A DNA stretch of 64,000 nt from Heptranchias perlo. Taxonomy: Eukaryota. The translations under genes were made by a program, and so were the position numbers. The stretch is taken from NCBI RefSeq assembly GCF_035084215.1, contig NC_090347.1:8742001-8806000 (forward strand), in the 5' to 3' direction. The notes below the pieces were generated by a model. It saw only the letters and a program-made list of their open reading frames with translations, made no database searches and was not told the DNA's origin. Of this stretch, positions 14,701 through 29,059 are shown in pieces (within the stretch, counting starts at the first letter, position 1; each line of letters starts with the position of its first letter).

Positions 14701-14740
14701 CACACTCCACCTGCCCCACTTCATTTCCCAGAACTAGATC
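11715..14740 (-). mobile_element. CR1-type LINE, interrupted by insertions; its extreme 3' tail is displaced to ~8812-8841
   Basis: ORF fragments YMDFQKAFDKVPH, SKFADD, TRGHRFK..WNALPERVV, EHLGNSDH. Confidence 0.88.
12613..13338 (+). mobile_element. 5'-truncated copy of the 8842-11714 LINE family, nested in CR1
   Basis: Near-identical to 10965-11700, same 3' end. Confidence 0.9.
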
Positions 14741-15559
14741 CAGCGCTGTTATAAAGCAGATCTCCTGCGATGTTGCTCATGGTGGATTGGAGGATGTACT
14801 GTTTTATGCTATGTGGATTGGTAATGTTGGGATGGTGATCCTGAGGTTTAGGAGGTGTAAGATCATTGCAAGGGGCATGAGAGGTCTCGGAGATGTGAGA
14901 TGTGTTGGGACTGGCAGTGGCCGGGTGTGGAAAATTGCAATAGGGACATACTGTGGTGTGCCACTGACAGATGTGTGGTGACAGGCCTTTCCTGGGGCAG
15001 TCAACATCAGGACATATGCTCATATGTTAGTTGCTCCAAGACCGGTGTGCCGTGGGTAGAAGTGCCACAAGTCTCAGGGGTGCAGTTGGAAAGCTGCAGA
15101 GGTAAGTAAGCAATAGCGCCAATTACCTTGGAGACTTCAGAGGCAAGTAAAATGAATAGGTAAGTTTAATCATGACCAAAAAAAGTGCAAAAATGTGGCA
15201 GACAGGAAAGTGTTACAGGATGTGCATGTATACACTAATGTATATATATAAAAATAAAAATCCTGCTGACAATACATGTTTCTCCTTCCAGTCCATATGG
15301 ATTTTCCATTGATTTTGTCATGGGTTGAATTTCAGCCATCAAATCCACATCAACAAAAATATTACACGAATCAGTTCATATCAGCGAGAAAAAGCAACTT
15401 AATTTTAATAGAATTTAAGGTTCACGATTCAGAATTTTTAAAGATTGGATTTCAAAAAGGTACATATTAGCCATTATAATTTGAAAAGTTTGGAAGAATA
15501 TATAAGATGGGGAAATTACAGTTCATCTAAGGTAGTGCTACTTTCAATTTAAATAATCA

Positions 15560-15682
<123 letters not shown>

Positions 15683-15708
15683 TCATTCCAGGTTTTCCAG
15701 AGTGATTA

Positions 15709-15879
<171 letters not shown>

Positions 15880-17649
15880 TCAATTTCGAAGCTTAGAATG
15901 GATATAACAAACAGAATCAAGCACTTATCCATGAGGCAAAAAGGTAAGCACTTGTGTTATCTCAAACTAGCTGAAATTCCTCATCTCTATGTCGGGTAAT
16001 ATTACACATGATCTTTGTGATCAGGATAGATGCCCTTGCCCAGGACCCAAAAAGAGAAGCTTTGTGTGTGTGCTGAAATTTTGTTAATGTTAGAAATCCC
16101 AAAAGCATCAGTCTCCTCTGTTATTGATAGAAGTAAACTGGAGAAAATCCGATGGTCCCCTCTAAAGGCCATCACCAGAATATGTAGCATCTAACATGAG
16201 AAGCTGATAGGAATTTCCCCAGGATCTCCACCTTAGAACTGGAAACAATCATCCTTTTAGAAAATGTAAAAATAATTAGCAATTCCACAGCCTTCACTAT
16301 TGGACACAACATCTGTTCACTCTAAATATGTACATTTATCTGATTAAACCCAGTCTGTTGAAAGTAGCTGGAGGAAAATTATAATTACCCAGGACTAACT
16401 TCTTTCACGTACCCAAATTAAAAATTTTCTACTAACTGAATTAAAATCCTTGATGGCCCAATGGATGTGTATGATGATGGACTGCACTGCTGATCACCCA
16501 GAATACATAACGAAAAAGAGGTGACCCTTTTAATGATTGAAGAGTACAATTGACTAATTTTCTGCAGTTTGTACAAACACAGTAATATATGCAAGGCTCT
16601 TGGAGCTGGACTCCACATCGTTGCTAGAAGGATTTGGGCATATACATGGTAGGGCACAAAATGTAGCTTGTGCTTTGGCTTGATACAGGTCTGTATGGTA
16701 CAAAGTTGCAACTGTTGATAATTAGAAGCAGATGGAACACTTGCAACGAGCTGTCCACGTGGACAATGGTGTTGGCATCACCTATGCATTTCTTAAAGTG
16801 AAGATAACTGGGCCAGAAGCAGGAAACTTGTTATAGCTATCACTTGCATGGTCAACTGGCATTAGCAAAATTGCTTTCTTGCAGATCTGCAACAATGCCC
16901 ATCTCTCTCCAAAATGCAAGTACATGCCTTGGTAATTTCATGGCTCAACTTCTCCTTCCACCTGGCCATCCTATTTCAACCCTTTACAATCTTCAAGGAG
17001 AGAGAGAAACAGACAGATGGACAGAGAGATAGAGACAGAGATAGACAAAGAAATAAATGAGATAGGAAGGAAAACAAAGACTGACAGGCACATGCACCCA
17101 CACCCATATTTTAATAACTTGATTTAACCTACATTACAATTCCTGACAAATCATGCATAGTTAGAGTTCCCTTTCTTTAAAAGGACTTGGTAGCTGGACA
17201 AATCAATAAACTGCATGTTAATGGAAGCTGATATTCCATCAAATATTTCCTACTGTAGTTTATTTTGCAAGTGTCTATCTTTAAACAAAAAGATTTTGAT
17301 AGAGGTGGAACTTATGAGCCTCCATTATATGCTTCCTTTCAGTACCGTCACGAGTACAACTGATTTGCCATAATTTTTGTATATTTATTGCAAAGCAAGT
17401 AGTGCAAAAACATGGAAACAGTTGATTTAAATTCAAATTTATAACAAGTCAGTTGTTTGAAGGGCAGTGTATGATGGTAACACTGTCTAGGCTCAAGCAT
17501 TCTCAACAATAAAAATGAATGTATGGATTGCAAAACTGTACGACAGAAAATTAACTGCATTAATAAGCTTTTGCTTCCTCCTCCCAGAAATTAATTATGA
17601 CTTTAAAGATAAATGAGATAGAAGTAAACACTTAACAGATAGAGACTTA

Positions 17650-17998
<349 letters not shown>

Positions 17999-20900
17999 TC
18001 AAAAAAAAGAAAAATAAGATTTACTTTAGGACACTTGCAGTGACTTAATTTAAAATTAATTTTTAAAAAGGCAAATATCCCCACATCAGATACCTTTCTT
18101 ACTTCAAAATATCCCCCCGTCTTCTAAGCAAAGCTCCCCTTTAGCGGGCTGCTCGGAGGTGCAGAAGCAGGTTGTACTGGGATAATTGTTCACTGTACTT
18201 GCAATGAACTGCAAAAAGCAGCTAAAGTGCTGTGGTAGTTCTTTGTACTTAACAAAAGGAAACTAAATGATGTGATAATCTGAGAAAACTTAAAACTGAT
18301 CATAATGAGTAATTTCAAGTTGCTAAATTTTGGAACAAAGTGTCAGCTAGCACACCAAGTGTAGACTTGATTGCAACAGTCAAAAAAAATCCAAGTGTAT
18401 CAATTTTCAGCATTAACAAAGGGATATGATCTTGGTACCAAGGTAAGACATGAGAAAATAATCTACGAATATGCTAAACAGGTTGAGTGCTTTTCCTCAT
18501 TCCTACTCTATATGACTTGCACGCAATGTCATGGCCCGTAAACTACTTTAACAAGGTTAATAGAATTTAAAAGAACCATTTTCTCCCTAAGATAGATTTA
18601 TTCTCTCCCATCCATAAAAATTGGAAATGCATCCAACACACTTAGTAGTAAATTGACAACAATTACCTAAAGTTGTGAGCTACATGTCCTTAAGAGATCA
18701 AAGTGCTAAAAGAGATTAAAACAATTTTTCAAAAATTGTACAAAATTATTTCAAGGAGATATGACATCATGGTCTTGCTCTTTGTTACTTGTGTTGATGT
18801 AAAATTTCAAGCAACTTTTTTGGATCTTAAAAAGAAATCAAACCCCATTGGGCAGCTGCAGCCCAGGAAGATTGTAGAGTATCAGAAAGATTTCTAATCA
18901 TTTTGGCATGAAGTTTTTACAAATGCGTTCTTCTTTACTGCATTCTAGTAAGCCATTTAGTAAAACTGAAATTAGAAATATTTAAATACTTGGTTTCAAA
19001 ATGGCATTGATAAGTTTTAACAAAATGAGACATTAAATTAAAATGAAAATCTGCAGCTTTAAGGTAAACCAAAAGTAAATTATCCTATAAATGTACAATA
19101 ATTATAAAGCTAGAGTTTCTACTGGTTTTTTTTACCTGCAATACAGTTAAAGCTCAAATTTGCCCCTCGCCCCACATCAATTTTGGACTGAAAGCCTCCC
19201 TGTACCATTCCCTAACCAAGAGCCTATGACGTTAAGATTAGGTACTTTTAAGCCTCTGTTTGAATCATTCTTCAATAGGCCACAAGGAGATACACGAGTG
19301 GCATAAGGCAACTTCCATGCTGATATCCTCTCCATGTGCTTTTGTTTGGTCCCTCCCCCAGGGAAATTTCTGAACTCAGCACCACATCAAATGGAGGAAA
19401 TTACTGATTAAAACCTACATCCGACCTCTCGGTAGCACATTCACACCAGGGAATCTTGAACTTCACATTATGCAGTTCATATGTTCTATATTTTTTGTTG
19501 CTAGAAAATATTTACGCAGAAAGAACAATCCACAGTCAGAATTTAGTTCATCTGCCAATGCAGATTTGAAATTAGCATTATTTTCTGAGTGTATAAATCT
19601 TTGCATGAGCAAAGAGGACAAAGTGCTGCATTTGCACAGAGCTACCCTTCAGTACAACTTGTGCAGTGCCGTATGAATGCAGATTTGGAATAGCATACAT
19701 TATAACTCATCTCAGCACAAGCTGTAAAATGCATTCAGGGCTTTAATTTTCCAAGTGCTGAGCTAAAATGTGCCTACAGTTATAACCACAAGCACATCGC
19801 AGAACATGATGATGGTCAGAGCAAACAACCCGAAAGCGCCATCTAGTGGAAATACCTAGTCACAATCAGACTGCAATCACAAACAACTTATTTGGGAATG
19901 ATCTTTTTTCCAGCAGGAACCTATATACATTTTTGAAAAACATCTCCAAGATCGCACAAGCCAAATAAAAATTTTTCGTGGTTATCTTTACATTGGAAAT
20001 TACGAATGTACTGGACAGGAAAAGACCATTATGGTCAGTCCATCAGGAGACCTAAAGTATAGAAAACTTTGTACACAATTCTTAACTCTCATCTATCTTA
20101 TTTTCAAACCTTTCTTATTTAGCAGCCCAAAAAAAACTTTTATTTGATATGAAAAACATGAAATTTAAATGAACATTAACAATATATCTGTAATAAATTA
20201 GCTGTGCAAGTTGCGTATTTATTTAGACATCACTATTCTGACAGTCATACCTACAGTTCCACACTTCCATCATCAAATGGAGCTTCATCGGGTCTAGAAA
20301 TACCAAATCCTCCCAATCCATACCTATATTTTGTCCTAACTTCCTATAGTCGAAGGTTGGGAGAGCCAATAGTAATTCATTAAAAAGCAAACTTTAAAAG
20401 AGTACTTTTTAGTCAATGATGCCAGTTACATATCGTAACCTCACGCAAAAAAAATTGCTCATTTATAACGAGTTCATTATAAATGTATACCTGTTTTTGG
20501 AGGGCTTTTTGTAAGTTCAATGAGATATAGAACATTGTTGTTTGGTCTGATAAAATTCTGAAGACAGGCGAGTACGTAATTTGTAAACATGATCTTACTG
20601 CAGCAGCACAATCTATATTTGAACCTGCTTGTGATCATTTTGTCACACCAATTGCATATCTTTTTCTTGCAATATGAAAGGCCACTTTCCCTAGTAGTAA
20701 CACACACAACTTTGATACACCTCTGGAATCCTGTGACACTGCAACTTTTCTTTGCTTCCCGCTCACTGATCAAATTTTTAAAAAAATATTTGACTGAAAG
20801 ATCCTTGTACCAATGATTAGACTTTACAGTAGTATTTAACCTGAACTGGACAGGAACATGTTATTTTGTTAGGACTGTTTTATTTTTAAGTCTGGTCATT

Positions 20901-21169
20901 TTGCTTTCTTTTTTAGAAAAGAGTATTGATCATTTTCTTACAGGTATTTTCATGGTGCTGAGATCTTTTAGCAACATTTAAGAAAGTTGCCACTGTGTTT
21001 TGATAAAGTGCTCTACTGCTTGAGTCTCAGCACGTGAATTGCTGATCATTTATATATATATATAAAAAGAAAATTCAAAAACAGAAAACAAATGAGAATC
21101 CAAAAATTATGCATATGAACAAACTGAAAGAAAACATGCAAGGGAAAAGGAGAAAAACTGAAATGATAC

Positions 21170-21214
21170 CTTGCCAAAGTTGTCTGTGTGCTCCTGGTAG
21201 TCCGAATTTTTTTC
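21170..21214 (-). CDS. PCYT2: PCYT2 exon 6 (EKNSDYQEHTDNFGK)
   Basis: 45 nt, ctgcAG acceptor and GTATC donor; aligns with the linker EMSSEYREYADSFGK. Confidence 0.92.
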
Positions 21215-21567
21215 CTGCAGAGAAGTTGGGGGAAAATAAATTGTCTTTTTCAAATGGTCACTGTATAATCTCACATGCCATTAAAGTTAATTTATAACCT
21301 TTTCATTCAATAATAGGCAACATTTTATTTGCATTTCTCTTCTCCTGAGGTTTGTACAGAATCTGAAGATATCAGACTGATTTTCCCCCTGTAGCAGCCA
21401 CTGGCTTTCGGACCATTATTCTTTTGTGTAGATTTGAAAGCAGCACTAATTTCACAAAAATCTGAGAACTGAACAGCAACAATTTAATTGAAGGAGGAAA
21501 AAATCCTTTTAGTTCTCAGCAGAAAAGTTTAAACTCCCCAATTTATAATAATGCCTCATATAAATAG

Positions 21568-21781
21568 TAAACAATTTTACAACACCAAGTTATAGTCCAG
21601 CAATTTTATTTTAAATTCACAAGCTTTCGGAGGCTTCCTCCTCCTTCACATCGTTCACCTGAGGAAGGAGGAAGCCTCCGAAAGCTTGTGAATTTAAAAT
21701 AAAATTGCTGGACTATAACTTGGTGTTTTAAAATTGTTTACAATTGTCAACCCCAGTCCATCACCGGCATCTCCACATCAT
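21568..21781 (+). mobile_element. Fold-back mini-element (Penelope-like pseudo-LTR remnant) with hammerhead motif
   Basis: ~75-bp inverted arms, tail ...ccagtccatcaccggcatctccacatcat, flanking direct repeat (tcat)ataaatag. Confidence 0.8.
21654..21692 (+). ncRNA. Minimal type I hammerhead ribozyme motif
   Basis: ttcac-CTGAGGA-a-ggagg(aag)cctcc-GAAA-gc-TT-gtgaa: stem I, core, stem II and palindromic AAGCTT stem III. Confidence 0.7.
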
Positions 21782-22925
21782 ATAAATAGGTGGGAGAACT
21801 CTTCTCTGGGCATCTCTTTTAATGAGTGATAATTTAAAAACACGAACACAAAAAAAAAGAGGAAGATACTGCTCAATCATGGACCCTACCATACACCCAA
21901 GTTTATACTTTAAACTATCCCAAGTACACAGTTAGATGTTAGAACAACTTCTCAATTGCTCAATATTTAAAGAGAGAAACTATCAGCCTCCATTTCAATA
22001 AAATGCCCAGCTGGATAGTATATGTAAAATTTGTGACAATTGAATTCACAGAACTTTGTAGTCTAAATGAAGATATTGTGAATAAAACAGATCATTAAGC
22101 TCCTACTGTTGCCAATTCCAACTTAACAAGTGCTGCTTGTAACAAACAAACAACAAAAGCATTCTACAGTTTTAACCAGCCACTAATGAGTATAACTTCC
22201 CCCTTCTGATTCCTCCTCATGAGCATAACTTTACCAATCTTCCAGACAGAGCAGTGGAGGCAAAAGCCCAGAATGATTGAAGAAACAATGGGATTCTATA
22301 AATGTGGGGACATTAGGGTCTCTTTAGATAGAGGAATTAAGATGGGTCGAATGACAGTCCTCATCTGTAATTATCTTGTGATCTCCAATTCTCCCTCCTC
22401 TCTTCAGAGACACTACTGCTCCATTCAATGTCTCCTCTTGATATGGCTCAGAATGGGAACAGGGCAAAGCAAGACTTGTATTCCCTTCCAGCCCCGTTGC
22501 TATTCCATTACACTGAACATAGAAGCACTGATGATCAACACCACCTGCTGCAGAATTCCGTTCAAGTAAGCTGGACTTTGTAATTTTTGTTAAGATGTGT
22601 AGTGCACACTGTTGACAACTGTTTTGCAGAATATTCTATTTCAAAAGGTTTTCTTCTCAATGTGAACATATGGTTTTGTTGAATGACAAGACATCAGAAT
22701 TAGACAAACCACTTTTTTTTAAATAAACAGTTGAATATCAATTTGGTACATCTTCCTATTATGATATTTTGGACCTGGCTTTCCTCGCCATGCTTGTACT
22801 AATTGTAGCAAATTGTATTCATTTTCATTATTTTAGGTTGCAACACCATCTGGCTTTTTGTATAACCTTTTATAATTCTACTTAATATTTTAATGCGAAA
22901 GAGAAAATCAATTTTCAAAGCAAAT

Positions 22926-23290
22926 AACAACTTGCATTTATATAGCACCTTTAACATAGTAAAACGTCCCAAGGCACTTCACAGGAGCATTATCAAACAA
23001 AAATTTGACACCGAGCCACATAAAAAAAATATTGGGACAGGAGATAGGTTTTAAGGAGTGTCTTAAACGAAAAGAGAGGTAGAGTTGGAGAGGTTTATGG
23101 AGGGAATTCCAGAAATTGGGGCCATGGCAACTGAAGGCATGGCACCCAATGTGGGGCGATGTGCAAGAGTCCAGAACTGGAGGAGCAAAGATATCTCGGA
23201 GGAGGTTAGAGATAGGGAAAGGCAAGACCTTGGAGAGATTTGAACAGAAGGATAAGAATTTTAAATTCGAGAGTTGCCAGTCCGGGAGCC
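22926..23290 (-). mobile_element. L2 3' fragment
   Basis: HAFSCHGPNFWNSL; tail starting caacttgcatttatatagcacc on the + strand. Confidence 0.75.
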
Positions 23291-23574
23291 AAAAAACTAA
23301 ACCTTGGCAGATATTCTGGTGTTCCCCGGTTCATCTATACAGGGAAATACAAGGCACAAAATAAGGACGACAGATTATCCCCTTCAATATTTCATCCAAA
23401 AATCAGCTGATTAAAGCAATTGATACTTTTCTGCATTCTGCTTAGTCAGTTTCAGCATGTTACGCTCCAAAACATTCTTAAAAAAAGGACCAATTCGCTT
23501 GCACAATGCCAAAATTAATAAGATGTGCCACTTGTGGGCTCAGAATCCCTCCTTTATAATAGACTGAAATATTA

Positions 23575-23688
<114 letters not shown>

Positions 23689-24033
23689 TTAAAATCAGAA
23701 AAGGCCAATGTGAATATTGTTATCCACATTTCTAATTCAATTAACCCATAAAGTGCAAGTTTTGATATGAACTGTAAGGGGTTTTCATTATAGATAGCAG
23801 TAACTTTTTCGCTGACTGTATGAGTCATGATGACATAATATTAAAAACTTTCCATTTTGATAAATTATACGATGACCTGCATGCATGCTGTATGTTAAGT
23901 TTGTGTGTCCGAGTATGTGTGTTCATATCCATATAACAGTTTACAACAAATTCACAACTCATCACAAGATAAGCCCACTTCTTCTAACAAAGTATTAAAA
24001 TATTGGAACTTAGCTTTTAAGCAGTATGGTTAC

Positions 24034-24100
24034 CTGTACCGGCCAGTTTTCTTTACTTCTTCATAAGTATCTTTTCCATCAGCAGTCAAAGTAATATCAT
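24034..24100 (-). CDS. PCYT2: PCYT2 exon 4 (DDITLTADGKDTYEEVKKTGRYR)
   Basis: 67 nt with AG/GT boundaries, in phase. Confidence 0.96.
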
Positions 24101-24308
24101 CTACAAAACAAACATCAAAGAAAAAGAAAAATCGCCATGTGACTGCAAGACAACAATGGAATCAAACATCTAAAGAACTTTGTTTGAACTATATTTTTCA
24201 TTTAAAGTCTGGGAAAATGCAACCGACTTCAAGTATACAGACGACATAAACAAGTGCATCAACATTATACAGCCTTGAGTGACAGAGAAACTGATACTTT
24301 TTGTTTCA

Positions 24309-24512
<204 letters not shown>

Positions 24513-24994
24513 TCAATTATTAGTTTTCTTAACCTTCCTTTTGATAATAAAAATGGGGGAAAAAGAAACTAATGGAATAATTACCAGGCATATTCCACTC
24601 CCAGTTACCATCATCAAATGCACATTTAATTTACTATGAAGGTCACATTTAAAGTAAAATGTAACACAGAACTGACATACTGTTCCAAATTTAAAGAATA
24701 TCAAATAAAACTATTTTAAAATAATTGAGTCATTGGTAAATTGCATTCAATACTTCTTCCATTTTGTTACAAGATACAGAATGCTGATCGATTAGAAACT
24801 AGTCAACGCAGCATAGAGTTAGAGATCAAACTCATGAATTTTCAGTGAGTAACCTACTTCATCAGATTATTAGAGGAGCTGCAGCTAGAGAACTGCTCTT
24901 GGCATGAAGAAAGCCAAATCAAGGGATGGGAGGAAAAAACACTAAATAAAATCTCTAGAAAACGCTTTTCTTTAATGTACACCATTTGAAAAAC

Positions 24995-25232
24995 AGGGCA
25001 GTTCTCTCCGATGTCCTGGCCAATATTTATCCCTCAACCACCATCACGAAAACAGATTATCTGGTCATTAGCTCATTGCTGTTTGTGGGATCTTGCTGTG
25101 CGCAGATTGGCTGCCACATTTCCTATATTACAACAGTGACTACACTGCAAAAAGTACTTAGTTGGCTATAAAGCGCCATGGGACATCCTGAGGTCATGAA
25201 AGATGTTATTTAAATGCAAGTTCTTTCTTTCT
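24995..25232 (+). mobile_element. DeuSINE-like (SacSINE/AmnSINE-type) fragment; related copies at ~26400-26640 (-), ~56775-57180 (-) and ~48010-48168 (+)
   Basis: Recalled Deu-domain-like sequence gtcctggccaatatttatccctcaacc...gattggctgcc and an L2-derived tail. Confidence 0.65.
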
Positions 25233-25803
25233 TTAGAGAGCGGGGGAAAAAAATCAGTTTGGGTTCCCATTCCTGATTGTTCCCTATGGAAGACTGCATG
25301 TGGTGCTTGGCTTCCTGTGGTCAAAAAGGCTGCTGACATTGTCCAGGCTCATTCACACATGAGGGACAACGCTGAAGGGAGGTACCAGAATTTTGGGGGG
25401 GGGGGGGGGAAGGAAAGCTGGAAGAAAACGAAAGACGACTTATAATTTCATGAAGTTTTAAGGAAACTATTTTCCTGGGGCAGCTTTCTCCAAAGGCACA
25501 TGCTACAGTACACGTTTTCAATGTTTTAATCTTAAAATTAAACGCGTAGCTGGCATGATCAACAAGGTGACCGCATTATGTGAGTCACATTATTGCAGGC
25601 AGCCTTATATACAAGGTAAAGCATTAAAAGGCAACATCAATTCACAACTTTGTCCCTTTGCAAATAAGCTTCCACTTCTCTTTTACAGAGTTGGAAAAAC
25701 TGCAATGATAATGTTCATGTACTGATTTGGTGTGCAACTTTTATTTAACAAATATTAAAAATCCCCTTTTTAAGTACAGTAATGATACTCAGTGCTATTA
25801 CTA

Positions 25804-26043
<240 letters not shown>

Positions 26044-28064
26044 TTAAAAGGGGTTGCAGGGAAATTTGATTTCATTGTTTTTTTAAAAATCACATTTTTA
26101 TATTCCCTCACTCACTAATGTTACTATAGTTCTAAACATTCTTGAAATTAAAAATATGGAACGCACATTTATCAAAACATTCATCACTGCCACTCTGATT
26201 AGGCAGCAAGAAACTTGATTTGAACCAAGAATTGCTAAACCAGTATTTCCCTCTCAAATGGAATGTTAATTATGATGCTGCACACAGGCTTATCAGTCTG
26301 AGAAGACAATGAAGAGGGAAGTGGGGAAAAGGTAAGGGGCAGAGAGGGAGCAGAGAAGGGAAGGGAAGAGAGGAAAGGGGGAAACTGGGAAGGGTCATCT
26401 GTAATGATCAGTGAAGTTCTACAGAAATCTGTTGTGTTCTTGGTGAGATAACAATCAGATAATCTGTTTTAGTGATGGTGGTTGAGGGATAAATATTGGC
26501 CAGGACGCTGGAGACAACTCCCCTACTCTTCTTTGAATAGTGCCATGGGATATTTGACGTCCACCTGAGGGGGGAAGATGGGCCCTCAGTTTAATGTCTC
26601 ATCCAAAAGACGGCACCCTCTGGCAGTACAGCACTCCCCCTGTACGCGTAGGTAGGCTGGGACCACTCGAAGCGAATGACCAAGAAAGCAAGACCAGTAG
26701 CCTGAGGGAGACACCCGCAGTCTCATTAACTCAAGGAAAGAGGAGCAGGGAAGAGGCAAGTGACCAGCATTACCGTAAAAAAACGTGATTCCCACCATTC
26801 CATGATTCCCAGAAACCAATTGGATCCCTGGAAGAGTACAACAACTCACATTTATAAAGCACCTTTAACGTGTGAAAACGTCCCAAGGCATTTAATGCAG
26901 GAATTGCACATGATTTCCATGAACAAAGCAGAAATAAGTCACATTATTCCCATGACCCAAATCAGATCATGATAAAGCAACATTGTTTCTTGGCAATGTT
27001 CCAAGCATCTAATTAGGGGAATGGGTTACATGTTTCCCAAGGACCAATCAGACCAGTAGATTGGTTCACACCACTATGCAACAAAACACACAAATTGCTA
27101 AGAGATGGCACCTTCAAGAACTCTTCACAGATATACACTATTGCTCATGGTAAAGCAGATGATATACTGTTTTATAATGACAAGAACGTTATACCATGTA
27201 ATGCAAAATGTATTTTTCTGCTAAGGCGCAGCAGTGTGTAAGGCGGCCTGACCCTTTAAGGTTACGAAGAGTAATTGCTGTCGGTAGCAACATTGGGGTC
27301 AATTAAAAGTTAATTGCTCCAAGACAGATCTCAAGGTCAATTAGAAGATATTTTCTGTTGGTGGTGAAGTTTGATTGACAGGTATCTACAAATTCCCAAC
27401 TTCTCTTCAATGTCAGACTTTTAAAAAATGACAAATATTAATGTGTAATGAAGAGTGACAGACTCATTTCAAAAAGATATTTTATGTCTGCAGCATAGTT
27501 TTGCTAACCTGACTTGATCCTTTAAGTAAGGCTATTATTCAAGTACTCAAAGGAAAAGAGATGTAGGTCAGGGCGATTATAGTTGCTTGTAAACTTCTGG
27601 GGTCAGACAGCAATTGCAGGTGCCTGTAAATTTCTGACACAGCAGACATAGATTTCTTTTATATAATCATGACTGGTAAAACTTCAAAAGATGTCAATTC
27701 ATCTAAAGTTTCTGTAAATACATTTTTTCTTAATCCAAGTCACCCTTTATTCTCGTTTGTTTTTAATGTGGACCATGAGTGGAGAACACTACCACTGGGA
27801 AAAGTTGTAATAAGTTTTCAGCAGTTTATCCTCTGCCATTGTATTTCAAATAAATAGGGCCTTTATTTCATTGTGCAAAAGATCACGTGAATTGATCATG
27901 TGCTCACAAATATTTATGGAATCTTTGGCACCAAGGCTACACTGCAATAATTAGGATTTCCTTGTTCAAGACTCTTCCCTGTTTACTTTCTCGAGAGGAG
28001 AGAGAAGTCACAATTTTATTGTAAGTCACTCCTTACAATTCATTTATACAAACATTTGATGGAT

Positions 28065-28372
28065 GGGGAATCCATAACCAGGGGTCACAGTCTCAGGATA
28101 TGGGGTATACCATTTAGAACCGAGATGAGGAGAAATTTCTTCACTCAGAGGGTGGTGAACCTGTGGAATTCTCTACCACACAAGGCTGTGGAGGCCAAGT
28201 CATTAATATATTCAAGAAGGAGATAGATATATTTCTTAATGCTAAAGGGATCAAGGGATATGGGGAAAAAGCGGGAACAGGATACTGAGTTAGACGATCA
28301 GCCATGATCATTTTGAATGGCGGAGCAGGCCCGAAGGGCCGAATGGCCTACTCTTGCTCCTATTTTCTATGA
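28065..28372 (+). mobile_element. CR1 LINE 3' end
   Basis: Typical CR1 3' coding sequence and UTR, ending gggccgaatggcctactcttgctcctattttctatg. Confidence 0.85.
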
Positions 28373-29059
28373 TTTATACATCTTTCTAGCAATATATCTT
28401 ATTTCCTCTTTGGATACTAAGCTTTCAGAAGTTTTTAATATAACAGAAAGGGTTTGTCTCATCAGTAAAGCCGAAAGACATTGCCACCATTCCACTCCAC
28501 CCCTCACAATTACATCACATTAGGGCAACAAAAAAAACACACGACTCGTGGAAAGTGCAAGTTTGGCTTCCAAGCTCAAGTTTGGCTTCCAAGCTCAGAA
28601 ATATTTAACCTACCCCAAAGCAAGCGATAACACTTATTTCTTCCATAGTTTGAAAATGTTTTAGTGACTGCAATGTTTTCTAATGAAGGGACTGGAACCA
28701 CAAGATATTAAACATCATAGATAAAATTAATGCAGAATATTACTTCAGGCTATGCCAGGATACAAGAACAAGTGCGCATCGATTAAAACAGGTGAAAGGG
28801 AAATTTAGAACTAATGCAAAGAGTGATCAACTCTTGGAATGGTCTTGGAATATATTGTCCAAATAGGAAAATGAAGACAAAATCTTAGATTCACTCATAA
28901 TTAAGTTGTGGGAAGGGATGAAGAAATGTAAGCATTTTGACTGGGCAAATTGCCACTCATCTGTATCTATCGTGATGCATAACTGAAGCATATATTCAGA
29001 GAAAACAAATAAAAAGTTTTGCTTCCAGATTTGTACCTTTTTGTACTGTATGAGCAACT

